Shown here piece by piece: positions 8,083 to 17,288 of a stretch of 64,000 nucleotides of DNA. The stretch's first letter is position 1; every line of letters begins with the position of its first letter. The notes below the pieces were generated by a model. That model was not told where the DNA came from and made no database searches. It worked only from the letters and a program-made list of their open reading frames with translations. The stretch covers positions 513,734-577,733 of the forward strand of contig CP175956.1 in the NCBI GenBank assembly GCA_046116545.1, written 5' to 3'. A program made the position numbers and the translations under genes. The DNA is from Candidatus Moraniibacteriota bacterium (lineage in GTDB: Bacteria > Patescibacteriota > Minisyncoccia > Moranbacterales > GCA-2747515).

Positions 8083-10770
8083 TTAATAAGCTACATCAAC
8101 TGTATTTTTAGCAGAGGCTGTATTTCCAGCATCATCAGTTAATTTAACTTCTATTTCAAGCGTTGAATTATTCTGGTCTTCGGGTATTTTATATTTATAA
8201 GTAGAATCTTTTGATTCATGAACTTTTTTACCCTTAACCCAATACTCTATTTTATCGATGTCATATTCAGTTTCTGGAGTTACTTTTATCGTGAGTGTAT
8301 CAGATTCAACTTTGCTTGGAACTGACAATGATATTTTTGCAGTATATTTTTCAAAATCATCCTTCTCGCAATCATCAGGTTCTTCGTCAAATATTATTTT
8401 GTCATCTTCTTCTTTCTTGTAATATTTTAGTACAGCTTTTTCCCAGTTTTTATACTGAGGATCATCTTTAGGATCATCTGGTCGTTCTCCTTGTGGATCA
8501 TCTTTAATTACAAAATATAAAATATTATGAACATCAGCAAAAATTCGTCTTTTCTTTTTGCTATCTGGACAGTATTTATTTGCTTTACAATACTCATCGT
8601 CATCGTCAGGAAGTTCACATACTTCTATTTTGTCCATAGCAGGTAATTCTCCATCCAAGATATCTTTATCTGTTTTATTTTCATCTTTATCATATTTTGG
8701 AAATTCTTTTCCAGATATTTCTGGATAAGCTTCACGTATAAAATCACGGAATATGGGTCCAGAGGCATTAGCTCCCACACCACCACTATTCATGGAGGAA
8801 TTGTCATTATTGCCACTCCAGACTCCAACAGCAACTTCTGGAGTATATCCCATGGTCCAAGCATCTCGATTTTCATTAGTTGTACCAGTTTTAGCAGCAA
8901 CTGGCCTATCATCAAATTTAAGAGGATTATTTGCACCAAATGCATCAACTCTATACTTATTTGTAGAAAGTATGTGTGACAGCATTCCGACATATTTTTC
9001 ATCAACTATACGTTCACCCTCTGAATCAGTAGCTTCTTCAATGAGTTCACCATTTTTATCTTCTATCTTTAGAATGGATCTTTTAGTTTGGCGCACTCCA
9101 TTATTTGCAAATACAGAAAAGGCAGCCGTGTGATCAAGTAGTTTAACTTCGCCTCCACCAAGAACAAGTGAAAGTCCATATCTATCAGGATCATTCAAGC
9201 TTGTTATTCCAAGTTGTTTTGCAAATTCAATAACCTCTTTTGAATTTGCTAAGTAAAGAGTTTTTACAGCTGGTATATTTAGAGACATTCCAAGTGCTTC
9301 TTTCATTTTTAGAGGTCCCCGGAAGGTTCCATCATAATTTTGAGGACTATAATCATCTTCACCATTGCTAAAGTTTGTTTCAACATCATAAAGAATTGTT
9401 TCTGGTGTATAGCCTTTTTTAAATGCATAAATATAGGCATAAGGTTTAAATGATGAGCCTGGCTGTCTATCTCTTACAGAAACATTTACTTGTCCATCTA
9501 TTTCTTCATCAAAATAGTCTCTAGAGCCAACCATTGTCACTATGTCTCCATTCGAAGGATCAATAGCTGTTAGAGCAGAGTTTTCAGCGTTATATTTTTC
9601 TTTATTTTCAAAGGCTTTATCATGAACAATTCTTTCAGCTATCTGCTGTTTATCCCAATCAAGTGTTGTAATAACTGTTAAACCTTCTTTTTCCAAATAT
9701 TCATTTCCATACTTTTCTTCCAAAAAATCACGTACGTACATTACAAAATGGGGTGCTTTAATATTTTCTGTATTTTTAGTTAGTTTTGCAAAAACATCTT
9801 CTTTTTTTGCACTTTCAGCAGCCTCTGGGGAAATGTATCCAAGACTAACCATTTGATCCAAAGCGTATTCTTGGCGAGTTTTTAAGCGCTCTCTGTAGGA
9901 ACCATAAGGAGAATATTTTGAAGGTGCTTTTGGTAGGGAAGCTAAAATAGTCGCTTCATCTAGTGTGAGGTCTTTTGCATGTTTTCCGAAAAATGTTTGA
10001 GCAGCTGCTTCAATGCCATATGCATTTGAACCATATGGAATTTCATTTAGATACATGCCTATTATGTCATCTTTTGAAAATTTGAGTTCAATTTCAACGG
10101 CAAGTATTAATTCTTTTATTTTTCTAGAAAGGCTACGTTCATTTGTAAGGATGGAATTTTTTACAAACTGTTGCGTAATGGTAGAACCACCACGTCCGCC
10201 TCCAATGTTAAACACATTTGATAAAACAGCATTAGCAACACCTTTAACATCAAAACCAGGGTGATTATAAAAATTATGATCTTCTAGAGAGATTGTTGCT
10301 TGTTTTGCAACGAGTGGAATTTCATCATGAGGAATGATAGTTCGCTTTTCTTCACCATGAATATCATAAAGAAGTACAGTTCCAGTGCGGTCATAAATTT
10401 TTGTGCTTTCATCAATTGTGCGTGTATTAACTTTTCCTGGTTCAGGTAAATCTTTTGCAAAATAAGCAAAAATACCAATAGCAGCTAGTAGTCCAATAGC
10501 AAATAAAACAGCAAAAATTTTTGTAGCTAGTAATGCCCATTTCCTCCAACTATTTTCAGTGTTATTTTTTCTCTTGTTTTTCCTTTTCTTTTTTATCATA
10601 GAAGTTTGAGAAATATTAAGTTGCGTAGTATTTGGATAAACTTTAGATTGTTCTTTTTTGAATTTACCAAAAAACAATGCAGTTGATTTTTTGCATTTAG
10701 TTACTAATTTAGTTACCGAATTTACTCGAGGTTTTTTATCAAAATCACGAGGAGAATACATTTTTTTCAT
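8083..10770 (-). CDS. Class A penicillin-binding protein (glycosyltransferase + transpeptidase) with C-terminal Ig-like extension
   Basis: 895 aa. N-terminal TM. GT51 motifs (EDHNFYNHPG, GGSTITQQ). Transpeptidase SSFKP and KTGTT motifs. Confidence 0.85.
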   Translation of the reverse strand: MKKMYSPRDFDKKPRVNSVTKLVTKCKKSTALFFGKFKKEQSKVYPNTTQLNISQTSMIKKKRKNKRKNNTENSWRKWALLATKIFAVLFAIGLLAAIGIFAYFAKDLPEPGKVNTRTIDESTKIYDRTGTVLLYDIHGEEKRTIIPHDEIPLVAKQATISLEDHNFYNHPGFDVKGVANAVLSNVFNIGGGRGGSTITQQFVKNSILTNERSLSRKIKELILAVEIELKFSKDDIIGMYLNEIPYGSNAYGIEAAAQTFFGKHAKDLTLDEATILASLPKAPSKYSPYGSYRERLKTRQEYALDQMVSLGYISPEAAESAKKEDVFAKLTKNTENIKAPHFVMYVRDFLEEKYGNEYLEKEGLTVITTLDWDKQQIAERIVHDKAFENKEKYNAENSALTAIDPSNGDIVTMVGSRDYFDEEIDGQVNVSVRDRQPGSSFKPYAYIYAFKKGYTPETILYDVETNFSNGEDDYSPQNYDGTFRGPLKMKEALGMSLNIPAVKTLYLANSKEVIEFAKQLGITSLNDPDRYGLSLVLGGGEVKLLDHTAAFSVFANNGVRQTKRSILKIEDKNGELIEEATDSEGERIVDEKYVGMLSHILSTNKYRVDAFGANNPLKFDDRPVAAKTGTTNENRDAWTMGYTPEVAVGVWSGNNDNSSMNSGGVGANASGPIFRDFIREAYPEISGKEFPKYDKDENKTDKDILDGELPAMDKIEVCELPDDDDEYCKANKYCPDSKKKRRIFADVHNILYFVIKDDPQGERPDDPKDDPQYKNWEKAVLKYYKKEEDDKIIFDEEPDDCEKDDFEKYTAKISLSVPSKVESDTLTIKVTPETEYDIDKIEYWVKGKKVHESKDSTYKYKIPEDQNNSTLEIEVKLTDDAGNTASAKNTVDVAY

Positions 10771-10869
10771 ATACCTTTATAATACACTTTTTAATCGTTT
10801 CTGAAAAATGATTGCGTATAGTATATATGAAAAATATGTAAATGTACAGTAATTATTTTTTAAGAGTAT

Positions 10870-11691
10870 TTAATTTTTTTCTGTAATATTTAGGGGGTGT
10901 CTTTTTGAAAGTAGATTGTCTAATAATACTTTTGCCAAATTAATATTGGTTTGTGTAAAATAACTATTGAATAAACATGTTCTATTTATTTCTATCAAAA
11001 AAAATCCAGATTCAGTAATTGCCAAATCTAGCCCAATAAGGTCAAAGGTGTTTTTTTTTATTATTTTTTGAGTAAAATTTAATATATCTAAGGATAATAT
11101 TTCTGAACCTATGACTTTAACTTTGGAGGTTAAAGTTTTTGAACTTTTAACAGTTGCCTCAGGTAATACCTCATTGCAAACTACATATATACGATATTCT
11201 TTTTGTATATGCATTTTATCTTGAATAATATATTTGTTTAAATTCATTTCATCCAATTCAGTTGAATCAAAGAAAATACCTTCAGCTCTACCAGAAATTC
11301 TTTCTTTTGTAATACGATTTTTATTATCTGCATCAGTGATCGAATTTAGTAATTGAGTTTTTGGCATAAAATCAGTAAATATTTGATATTGTAACCACTT
11401 ATCTTCAAAATAAATATCATCAATAGTTTTTAAATTATCAATAATATAGGCATCTTTTTTATTCTTTAATAAAATATCAAAAAGAGATGTTGCAGCATTT
11501 TTATCAAGAACACGGAAATGATATCCAAAGTATATGTAATCATAAGTGTTGTTAATTAATTTTTCTTTCAAATAAGTAGAGCTTTCATGAAAAAAATAAA
11601 AATCTATATCAACTACTGCTTGCATTTCTTGAGTTATATATAGAGGTAATGATAAATCGTTAATTCCAGTTATTAGCAGCATTTTTTTCAT
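10870..11691 (-). CDS. Divergent ATP-grasp-like ligase (hypothetical)
   Basis: 273 aa. C-terminal ...EYRIYVVCNEV...FDLIGLDLAITESGFFLIEINRTC... resembles the ATP-grasp C-domain (E/R..., GxD...lEvN). Last gene of the ATP-grasp block. Confidence 0.4.
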   Translation of the reverse strand: MKKMLLITGINDLSLPLYITQEMQAVVDIDFYFFHESSTYLKEKLINNTYDYIYFGYHFRVLDKNAATSLFDILLKNKKDAYIIDNLKTIDDIYFEDKWLQYQIFTDFMPKTQLLNSITDADNKNRITKERISGRAEGIFFDSTELDEMNLNKYIIQDKMHIQKEYRIYVVCNEVLPEATVKSSKTLTSKVKVIGSEILSLDILNFTQKIIKKNTFDLIGLDLAITESGFFLIEINRTCLFNSYFTQTNINLAKVLLDNLLSKRHPLNITEKN

Positions 11692-11837
11692 ATTGAGCTA
11701 TTTTAGTTATTTAAATAGGAAGTTAGTAGATATTATTGAATAAACTAGTGGGTTACTAGTATTTTTATGATTTCATTTGTAATATTCAATATTAAAAGTT
11801 TTTTGTAAATAAACTTTTTTAATTATAAATAATAGAA

Positions 11838-12788
11838 TTAAGATGAAAGTGTTTTTTTAAATAATTCTATAATAGCTGTATAAACCCGTTCTCTTTCCTC
11901 GAATTGTTTTTCAGTAAAAAATAAACCAGGCATACTATTTAATTCAATTAGCCAAGGCTTTTGATTTTCATCAAACATTAAATCTATTGTATATATTTTA
12001 TTTTTAAATGTAGAGAGTGTATTTTGTACATCAGTAACTAATGTGTTAACACTGGTAGGCAATTGTTCATTTTGTAGTATCTTCATTGAACCGCCCTGGG
12101 ATAAATTAGCAAGGAAAGATCCTTTTTTAGGAATTCTTATGTAACTATAAATCAAGTCATTTTCTATAAAAACGAGTCGCAAATCATGTACAGAATCTGT
12201 AATCCCAGTTATTCCATTAGTGCTGTCTATAAATTCTTGTGCCAAGATTGGAAAGGGTAGTTCAACATTATCGATTTCATTTTTTTGTAAAATATATACA
12301 TTTTTACCTCCACTATCTGAAGATGTTTTTAAAACAACCTTTTCAGTTTTAATGCTTTGAAGGATGCTTTTTAAATCAGTAATATTTAAAGCCTTATAGT
12401 GTTTTTTAGTGTGTTGTGGAAAAAGTAAGCTTGTAAATAATTTATTATCTATAAGATTTGTAAATTCAACATCATTTATAAGGGGAAATATTTCATTGAG
12501 TGATGATTTAAATAAATCAGTTTCAGATTTTGAGCTAGTTTTATCATAAATAAGATCTGGTTTTATATTATAATCACGTATCCAAGAGCCATTTTTATAT
12601 GTCCAAACATATAAAAAAATATTATTTTTATTATCATACCATTTATAAGAAGCTCTATATAATTGAATTCCATGTTGGTTAGCTAATTCATATAGATATT
12701 CATAACAAAGAGTATACCCACTAGTCATATCTGCAAAAGCTGGTCCATTCCAATCCTTTTCACCAAATAATATTAGTACTTTTTTCAT
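11838..12788 (-). CDS. ATP-grasp ligase (RimK/YheCD-like), paralog 2
   Basis: 316 aa. ...ILAQEFIDS...HDLRLVFIEND..YSYIRIPKKGSFLANLSQGGSMKIL...YTIDLMFDENQKPWLIELNSMPGL. Paralogous to 12793..13734. Confidence 0.65.
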   Translation of the reverse strand: MKKVLILFGEKDWNGPAFADMTSGYTLCYEYLYELANQHGIQLYRASYKWYDNKNNIFLYVWTYKNGSWIRDYNIKPDLIYDKTSSKSETDLFKSSLNEIFPLINDVEFTNLIDNKLFTSLLFPQHTKKHYKALNITDLKSILQSIKTEKVVLKTSSDSGGKNVYILQKNEIDNVELPFPILAQEFIDSTNGITGITDSVHDLRLVFIENDLIYSYIRIPKKGSFLANLSQGGSMKILQNEQLPTSVNTLVTDVQNTLSTFKNKIYTIDLMFDENQKPWLIELNSMPGLFFTEKQFEERERVYTAIIELFKKTLSS

Positions 12789-12792
12789 AGTT

Positions 12793-13734
12793 TTATTTAA
12801 AAAATGTTAATAAATTTTCATAAAATTCACTTTGATAAGGTGCTTCACTTTGTTCTAATGTTAATCCAGGTCTAGAATTCATTTCTATAAGCCATAAGTT
12901 ATTATCATTATCAAACATACAATCAATAGCATATATTTTATTTGTAGCATCAATATTTTCTACATTTTGTATAATTTTATTGATAAATTTGTTGATGTCA
13001 TTATTTTGTAAAAGTTCTTTTATTGGAATTACTTTTAGTGTAGCGCCTGTTGATACATTTGCAATACGAGTGTCTTTTTTTGGTATTCGAGCAAATGCGT
13101 AAAAAGGTGTTTGATTTCTAACTATAACTCGGATATCATGATATCCATCAATAAATTCATTCTTCGCTTTTGATGAATCCATAAATTCCTGAGCTAAAAT
13201 AGGGAATATATTGTTTGATATAATATCATTGGCGACAGCTTCTTTTTTTGAAATAAAAATACCAGAACCACCAGATTGACTTAGGGGTTTCACAATAATA
13301 TCAGATGTTTGTAGTGCTATAATTTTAGTTACTTCACTAGGCATATTGATAACAATTGTTTTTGCAGAAAATTCTTCAAAAAAATCAAATGTAAGTGATT
13401 TATTACTTAGGATTTTACTTAATGTCAAATTATTATAAAAAGTGTAATCAGTTGCTATTAATTGCCTAGTCAGCATCTCGCTGGAGTTAATGTAATAGGG
13501 CGATTTGTCATAGATTACATCTGGTGTTATGTTTTTTTTCCAAAGCCAGTTATCATTAATAAAAAATTGTGCTTGTGTAAATGAATTACTTTGAGTATCA
13601 TAATATGATATCGGTGCACGACACAGTATTATATTATTTTTTGCAAAGTATGTATATAAGGCGCTATAACCCAGAGGATCCTTTGTTGGAGATTTAGAAG
13701 GTTCTCCACCAAAAAGAATTAGTATTGTTTGCAT
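12793..13734 (-). CDS. ATP-grasp ligase (RimK/YheCD-like), paralog 1
   Basis: 313 aa. ...KPLSQSGGSGIF...ILAQEFMDS...HDIRVIVRN..FYAFARIPKKDTRIANVSTGATLKVI...YAIDCMFDNDNNLWLIEMNSRPGL. Confidence 0.65.
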   Translation of the reverse strand: MQTILILFGGEPSKSPTKDPLGYSALYTYFAKNNIILCRAPISYYDTQSNSFTQAQFFINDNWLWKKNITPDVIYDKSPYYINSSEMLTRQLIATDYTFYNNLTLSKILSNKSLTFDFFEEFSAKTIVINMPSEVTKIIALQTSDIIVKPLSQSGGSGIFISKKEAVANDIISNNIFPILAQEFMDSSKAKNEFIDGYHDIRVIVRNQTPFYAFARIPKKDTRIANVSTGATLKVIPIKELLQNNDINKFINKIIQNVENIDATNKIYAIDCMFDNDNNLWLIEMNSRPGLTLEQSEAPYQSEFYENLLTFFK

Positions 13735-13751
13735 ATTATTTTTTAAGTTTT

Positions 13752-15155
13752 TTACTTACTAACATCAACTAAAAATTGATGTAGATTTCGTTTGCCAATA
13801 ATTATATCATATTTCATATCACTTCTATCAATAATGTTTACTTGAGCAGGAATTATTTTTTTATCCATTGTAAATTTAGTCTTTACAATAGGGCGAATTG
13901 AGGAGCCACTTGATGCAAAAATTACTGCCACGTCAACTAAATCAGGGATTTTATTTTCAGCTAGAATAGCTTTTTTAATAGACTTTTCGTTTTTTGGAGT
14001 AATCTCGTATTTAGTTAAATCAATTTTATCAAATTCATTTATTACATGTTCAAATCCGAGTGATTTAGCAAGTTTTGTGTCTATTGATGTTGAATAAGCA
14101 CCAGTATCAATTTTTGCTTTTGTTTTAATCTCTGTATTATTTTTTCCGATAATTTTAATTTCTTCAATAGAGCCAATGACATTTTTACCAGACATTCCTT
14201 CAACCTCTTCTTCAATTTCACCACCAAAGAGATTTTTGCCAACAGCTGCTCCACGTATTGCAGATTTAATTTTTAGTCCTTCTACACGTTCAAGTCGACG
14301 TTTAAGTCCTGCCATATTTGCGACTTGGATAGAAAGTCCTGGTCGGGCATTAAGTTCAAGAAATACAGGTCCATTATCTCTATCAATTGCAACATCAGCA
14401 CCTAAAAAACCAAGTCCGGAGGCTTCTTGTGCTTTGATGGCGAGTATTAACATTTCATCCCAGTATGGAATTTTGATACCAGAAAGCAGTAAACGTGTTC
14501 CAGGTACATACTCTATAATTTTTGACTTTCCTTGTACGGCAGTTGTCGTTGTACCTCTAGCCATATCAATTCCAACACCAACACCACCTTGTTGTAAGTT
14601 TGCTTTACCTCCAGATTCTTTTGTGGGAAGTCGAAGCATTGCCATTACGGGTACTTTATTATATATAACAATACGAATATCTGGAATACCTTTATAGGCA
14701 TATGGACGAAACTCTTTTGATAATTTGAGACGTTCTTCAAAAAAAGCTATATCAGGGGTATTTGAAAGGGAATACTCACCATCTAAAATATGTCCTATAT
14801 GAGTTATCAAATCTTCTTTTGTGACTGTTTTGCCATTTCCTTTAATCCAGATGTCATCAGTTCCTTTTTTGCGACCATAAATAACTATAATACCATCACC
14901 ACCAAGACCTTTATTTGGTTTTATAACAAAACTTGGAGGTAGAATACTCCAATCAAAACTTTCTAATGTACGTTTAGAAGAAATTTGTGCAATAAGTCTT
15001 GGGACAGGGACGCCTGCTTTTTTGAGCATACGTTTCGAACGAATCTTGTCATCTGCAAGTCGCTTTGCTTTTTTAAGGTTGTGTGGGCGAATATATGTTA
15101 AATTTCGGGCATTCATCCCAAGTATGTTTTTGCTTGCGCGTATTGATTCAAACAT
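13752..15155 (-). CDS. ATP-grasp ligase (alpha-L-glutamate-ligase-related / ATPgrasp_ST-like) fused to C-terminal retropepsin-like aspartyl-protease domain
   Basis: 467 aa. N-terminal ILGMNARNLTYIRPHN motif, then an ATP-grasp core (...GGDGIIV...FEERL...DIRIVIY...RLPTKESGGKANLQQGGVGV...FLGADVAIDRDNGPVFLELNARPGL). C-terminal ~130 aa with KIDTGAYSTSID (D-T-G-A), compatible with a DUF785 / 'Zn_protease'-type retropepsin domain. Confidence 0.6.
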   Translation of the reverse strand: MFESIRASKNILGMNARNLTYIRPHNLKKAKRLADDKIRSKRMLKKAGVPVPRLIAQISSKRTLESFDWSILPPSFVIKPNKGLGGDGIIVIYGRKKGTDDIWIKGNGKTVTKEDLITHIGHILDGEYSLSNTPDIAFFEERLKLSKEFRPYAYKGIPDIRIVIYNKVPVMAMLRLPTKESGGKANLQQGGVGVGIDMARGTTTTAVQGKSKIIEYVPGTRLLLSGIKIPYWDEMLILAIKAQEASGLGFLGADVAIDRDNGPVFLELNARPGLSIQVANMAGLKRRLERVEGLKIKSAIRGAAVGKNLFGGEIEEEVEGMSGKNVIGSIEEIKIIGKNNTEIKTKAKIDTGAYSTSIDTKLAKSLGFEHVINEFDKIDLTKYEITPKNEKSIKKAILAENKIPDLVDVAVIFASSGSSIRPIVKTKFTMDKKIIPAQVNIIDRSDMKYDIIIGKRNLHQFLVDVSK

Positions 15156-15162
15156 GGGATTT

Positions 15163-15855
15163 TTATTTAATCTTATTTATAACATTGTGAAATCTTAGGT
15201 ACTCATTAAAACGAAGACCTGTCCATTTACCAATGAAAAGATTTATAGGAATAATTAATAAAACAGTAAGTGGGTGGACAAGTATAAGACTTATCATGTA
15301 TCTACCAATAGCAGTAGTTGGTGAAAGAATTGTATATCCAATAAGCGCTATAATTAGCGTTTCAACTGCTAATATAATTGCAGTTTTGTTTCCTTTTTCA
15401 ATTTGTACAGTAACAAATTTTTCAACAAGCATTATTATGATGATAATCGGGAAAATGGCAGTTGATGCAAAACCAGTCCTTCCAAAATATCCAGCAAGTG
15501 CAAGTGTTAAAAGGACGGAAAAGGATACTACAGTTAAGTTTATAGCAACTCTAGGAAGATAAAGTAAACGTAATTTTTTCAATACAAAACGCATACCCAT
15601 ACCAACACAAAGGACTATTGCATAAATAGCAACAGCATATTTAATATCCCAAAAGCTATCTTGTGCAATAAATACAAAAGCAATTGTAATAATAGATGGT
15701 GTATAAATACCAAATGCCTGTATACCAACTATTTGACGCAAAACAACAACGATTGTTATTACTATAGGAAATAACAATAGTAGAGTAATAGTATCTAGAT
15801 TAAGTTGTTGTGCGAGTAAAAATTGTATAATAGGACTGAAGTCAGTTACATTCAT
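15163..15855 (-). CDS. 7-TM integral membrane protein (7TM_transglut-like, no transglutaminase domain)
   Basis: 230 aa with seven hydrophobic helices. 8-nt gap to the ATP-grasp/protease fusion gene. Matches the 7TM partner of ATPgrasp_ST systems by context and topology only. Confidence 0.45.
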   Translation of the reverse strand: MNVTDFSPIIQFLLAQQLNLDTITLLLLFPIVITIVVVLRQIVGIQAFGIYTPSIITIAFVFIAQDSFWDIKYAVAIYAIVLCVGMGMRFVLKKLRLLYLPRVAINLTVVSFSVLLTLALAGYFGRTGFASTAIFPIIIIIMLVEKFVTVQIEKGNKTAIILAVETLIIALIGYTILSPTTAIGRYMISLILVHPLTVLLIIPINLFIGKWTGLRFNEYLRFHNVINKIK

Positions 15856-15882
15856 AGCTTTTGTTATTAAATAGTTATAATT

Positions 15883-16383
15883 CTATTTTGTAATTGTATT
15901 TAAATATTTTCTAGAATTAATGTGACATAGTGCTACAGCAAGTGCATCAGCTGTGTCATCGGGTTTTGGAATACTCTTTAATTTTAACACACTTTTTATC
16001 ATTTTTTGCATTTGCGTTTTGTCAGCTCGGCCATAACCAGTAAGTGATTGTTTTATCTGAAGCGGTGTGTATTCTGCAATTTTTAAACCATCTCTAAAGC
16101 AAGTATTCATAATGACACCACGGGCCTGTGCAACACTTATGACAGTTTTTGCATTTTTAAAATAAAACAAGTCTTCAACTGCAGCTTCAGCAGGTTTGTA
16201 TTTTTTTAAAATAGCAAGTACGTTATCAGTAATTTCTGATAATCTAACAACATCAGACAGTTCTTTTGCTGTCTCGATGTGACCGTATGCAATAACATTA
16301 TTTTTTGTTCCACTATCATTACAGTCAATTATACCCCAACCAACAATAGCAGTACCAGGATCAATCCCAAGTATTCTAATCAT
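15883..16383 (-). CDS. ruvC: Holliday junction resolvase RuvC
   Basis: 166 aa. MIRILGIDPGTAIVGWGII... RNase H-like RuvC start. Confidence 0.85.
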   Translation of the reverse strand: MIRILGIDPGTAIVGWGIIDCNDSGTKNNVIAYGHIETAKELSDVVRLSEITDNVLAILKKYKPAEAAVEDLFYFKNAKTVISVAQARGVIMNTCFRDGLKIAEYTPLQIKQSLTGYGRADKTQMQKMIKSVLKLKSIPKPDDTADALAVALCHINSRKYLNTITK

Positions 16384-16416
16384 ATTTTTATCTTAGAATG
16401 TAGTATTTTAGCACTT

Positions 16417-17124
16417 TTAGGCAACATTGTCAAAGATTTCATTAACATCATCTAGCTCTTCAAGTATTTCGTAAAGATCATCATATTTTTCTGTATCTTC
16501 AGTATTTAGAGTTACTTGTTGTGTTGGATTATATATTAATTTTGCTTCATTTATGGATTCAGCTTCTTTTTCAATTCCTTTTAAGACATTATGCAGACTT
16601 GTAGGACTAGTTATTATTGTTAGATTTGAGTTTTCTTCAAATACATCTTCAGCACCAGCCTCTATAGCAAGTAATTCAGCAGTTTCTATGTCTTTTGGTG
16701 TAATTGATATATAGCCAACAAAATCAAATTGAAAACTTACGCTGCCACTAGGCACAAATTTACCATTATTTTTTTTGAGTGCAGTTTTAACGTCTGTTAA
16801 AGCACGGTTAGTATTATCAGTTGCGCATGTGATAATCATCATTGCCCCACCAGGACCCATACCTTCATAGGTGACTTCTTCAATTCTAGCACTATCATCA
16901 CCAGAGCCTTTTTTCATAGCACGTTCGATATTGTCTTTTGGCATATTAGCTTTTTTTGCTTGGTCTATAGCTAATTTTAAAGCACTATTCATTTCTGGAT
17001 CATTATCTCCATTTTGTACAGCTACCATGATAGCTTTCGCAATACGAGAGAAAACTTTAGATCGTTTAGCATCTGTAACACCTTTTTTATGTTTAATTGT
17101 TGACCATTTACTATGTCCTGACAT
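16417..17124 (-). CDS. yebC: YebC/PmpR family DNA-binding transcriptional regulator
   Basis: 235 aa. MSGHSKWSTIKHKKG... canonical N-terminus. Confidence 0.9.
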   Translation of the reverse strand: MSGHSKWSTIKHKKGVTDAKRSKVFSRIAKAIMVAVQNGDNDPEMNSALKLAIDQAKKANMPKDNIERAMKKGSGDDSARIEEVTYEGMGPGGAMMIITCATDNTNRALTDVKTALKKNNGKFVPSGSVSFQFDFVGYISITPKDIETAELLAIEAGAEDVFEENSNLTIITSPTSLHNVLKGIEKEAESINEAKLIYNPTQQVTLNTEDTEKYDDLYEILEELDDVNEIFDNVA

Positions 17125-17288
17125 AAGTTAGTAGAAGATTAAATATTTTAAAAGTGATTATATCATCTCATTTTTTAGTACTTTTTGCAATTATAGTGTT
17201 GATTTTTTGGACATTATAGCATATGATGTATAATCAGTTTCTAAAAGGAATTATTTGTACTTGAAAAATTAAATAAGGGGAATGTGAG

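Noticed and set aside
8753-10478. ORFs 8753..9133, 8790..9005, 10013..10264, 10284..10478 inside or antisense to the PBP gene
   Set aside because: Embedded in the 895-aa PBP1A ORF, which has clear GT51 and transpeptidase motifs.
14176-15562. ORFs 14176..14697 (+) and 15233..15562 (+), antisense to the ATP-grasp and 7-TM genes
   Set aside because: Pro/Ser-rich low-complexity translations produced by the GC-richer coding strand of real genes.
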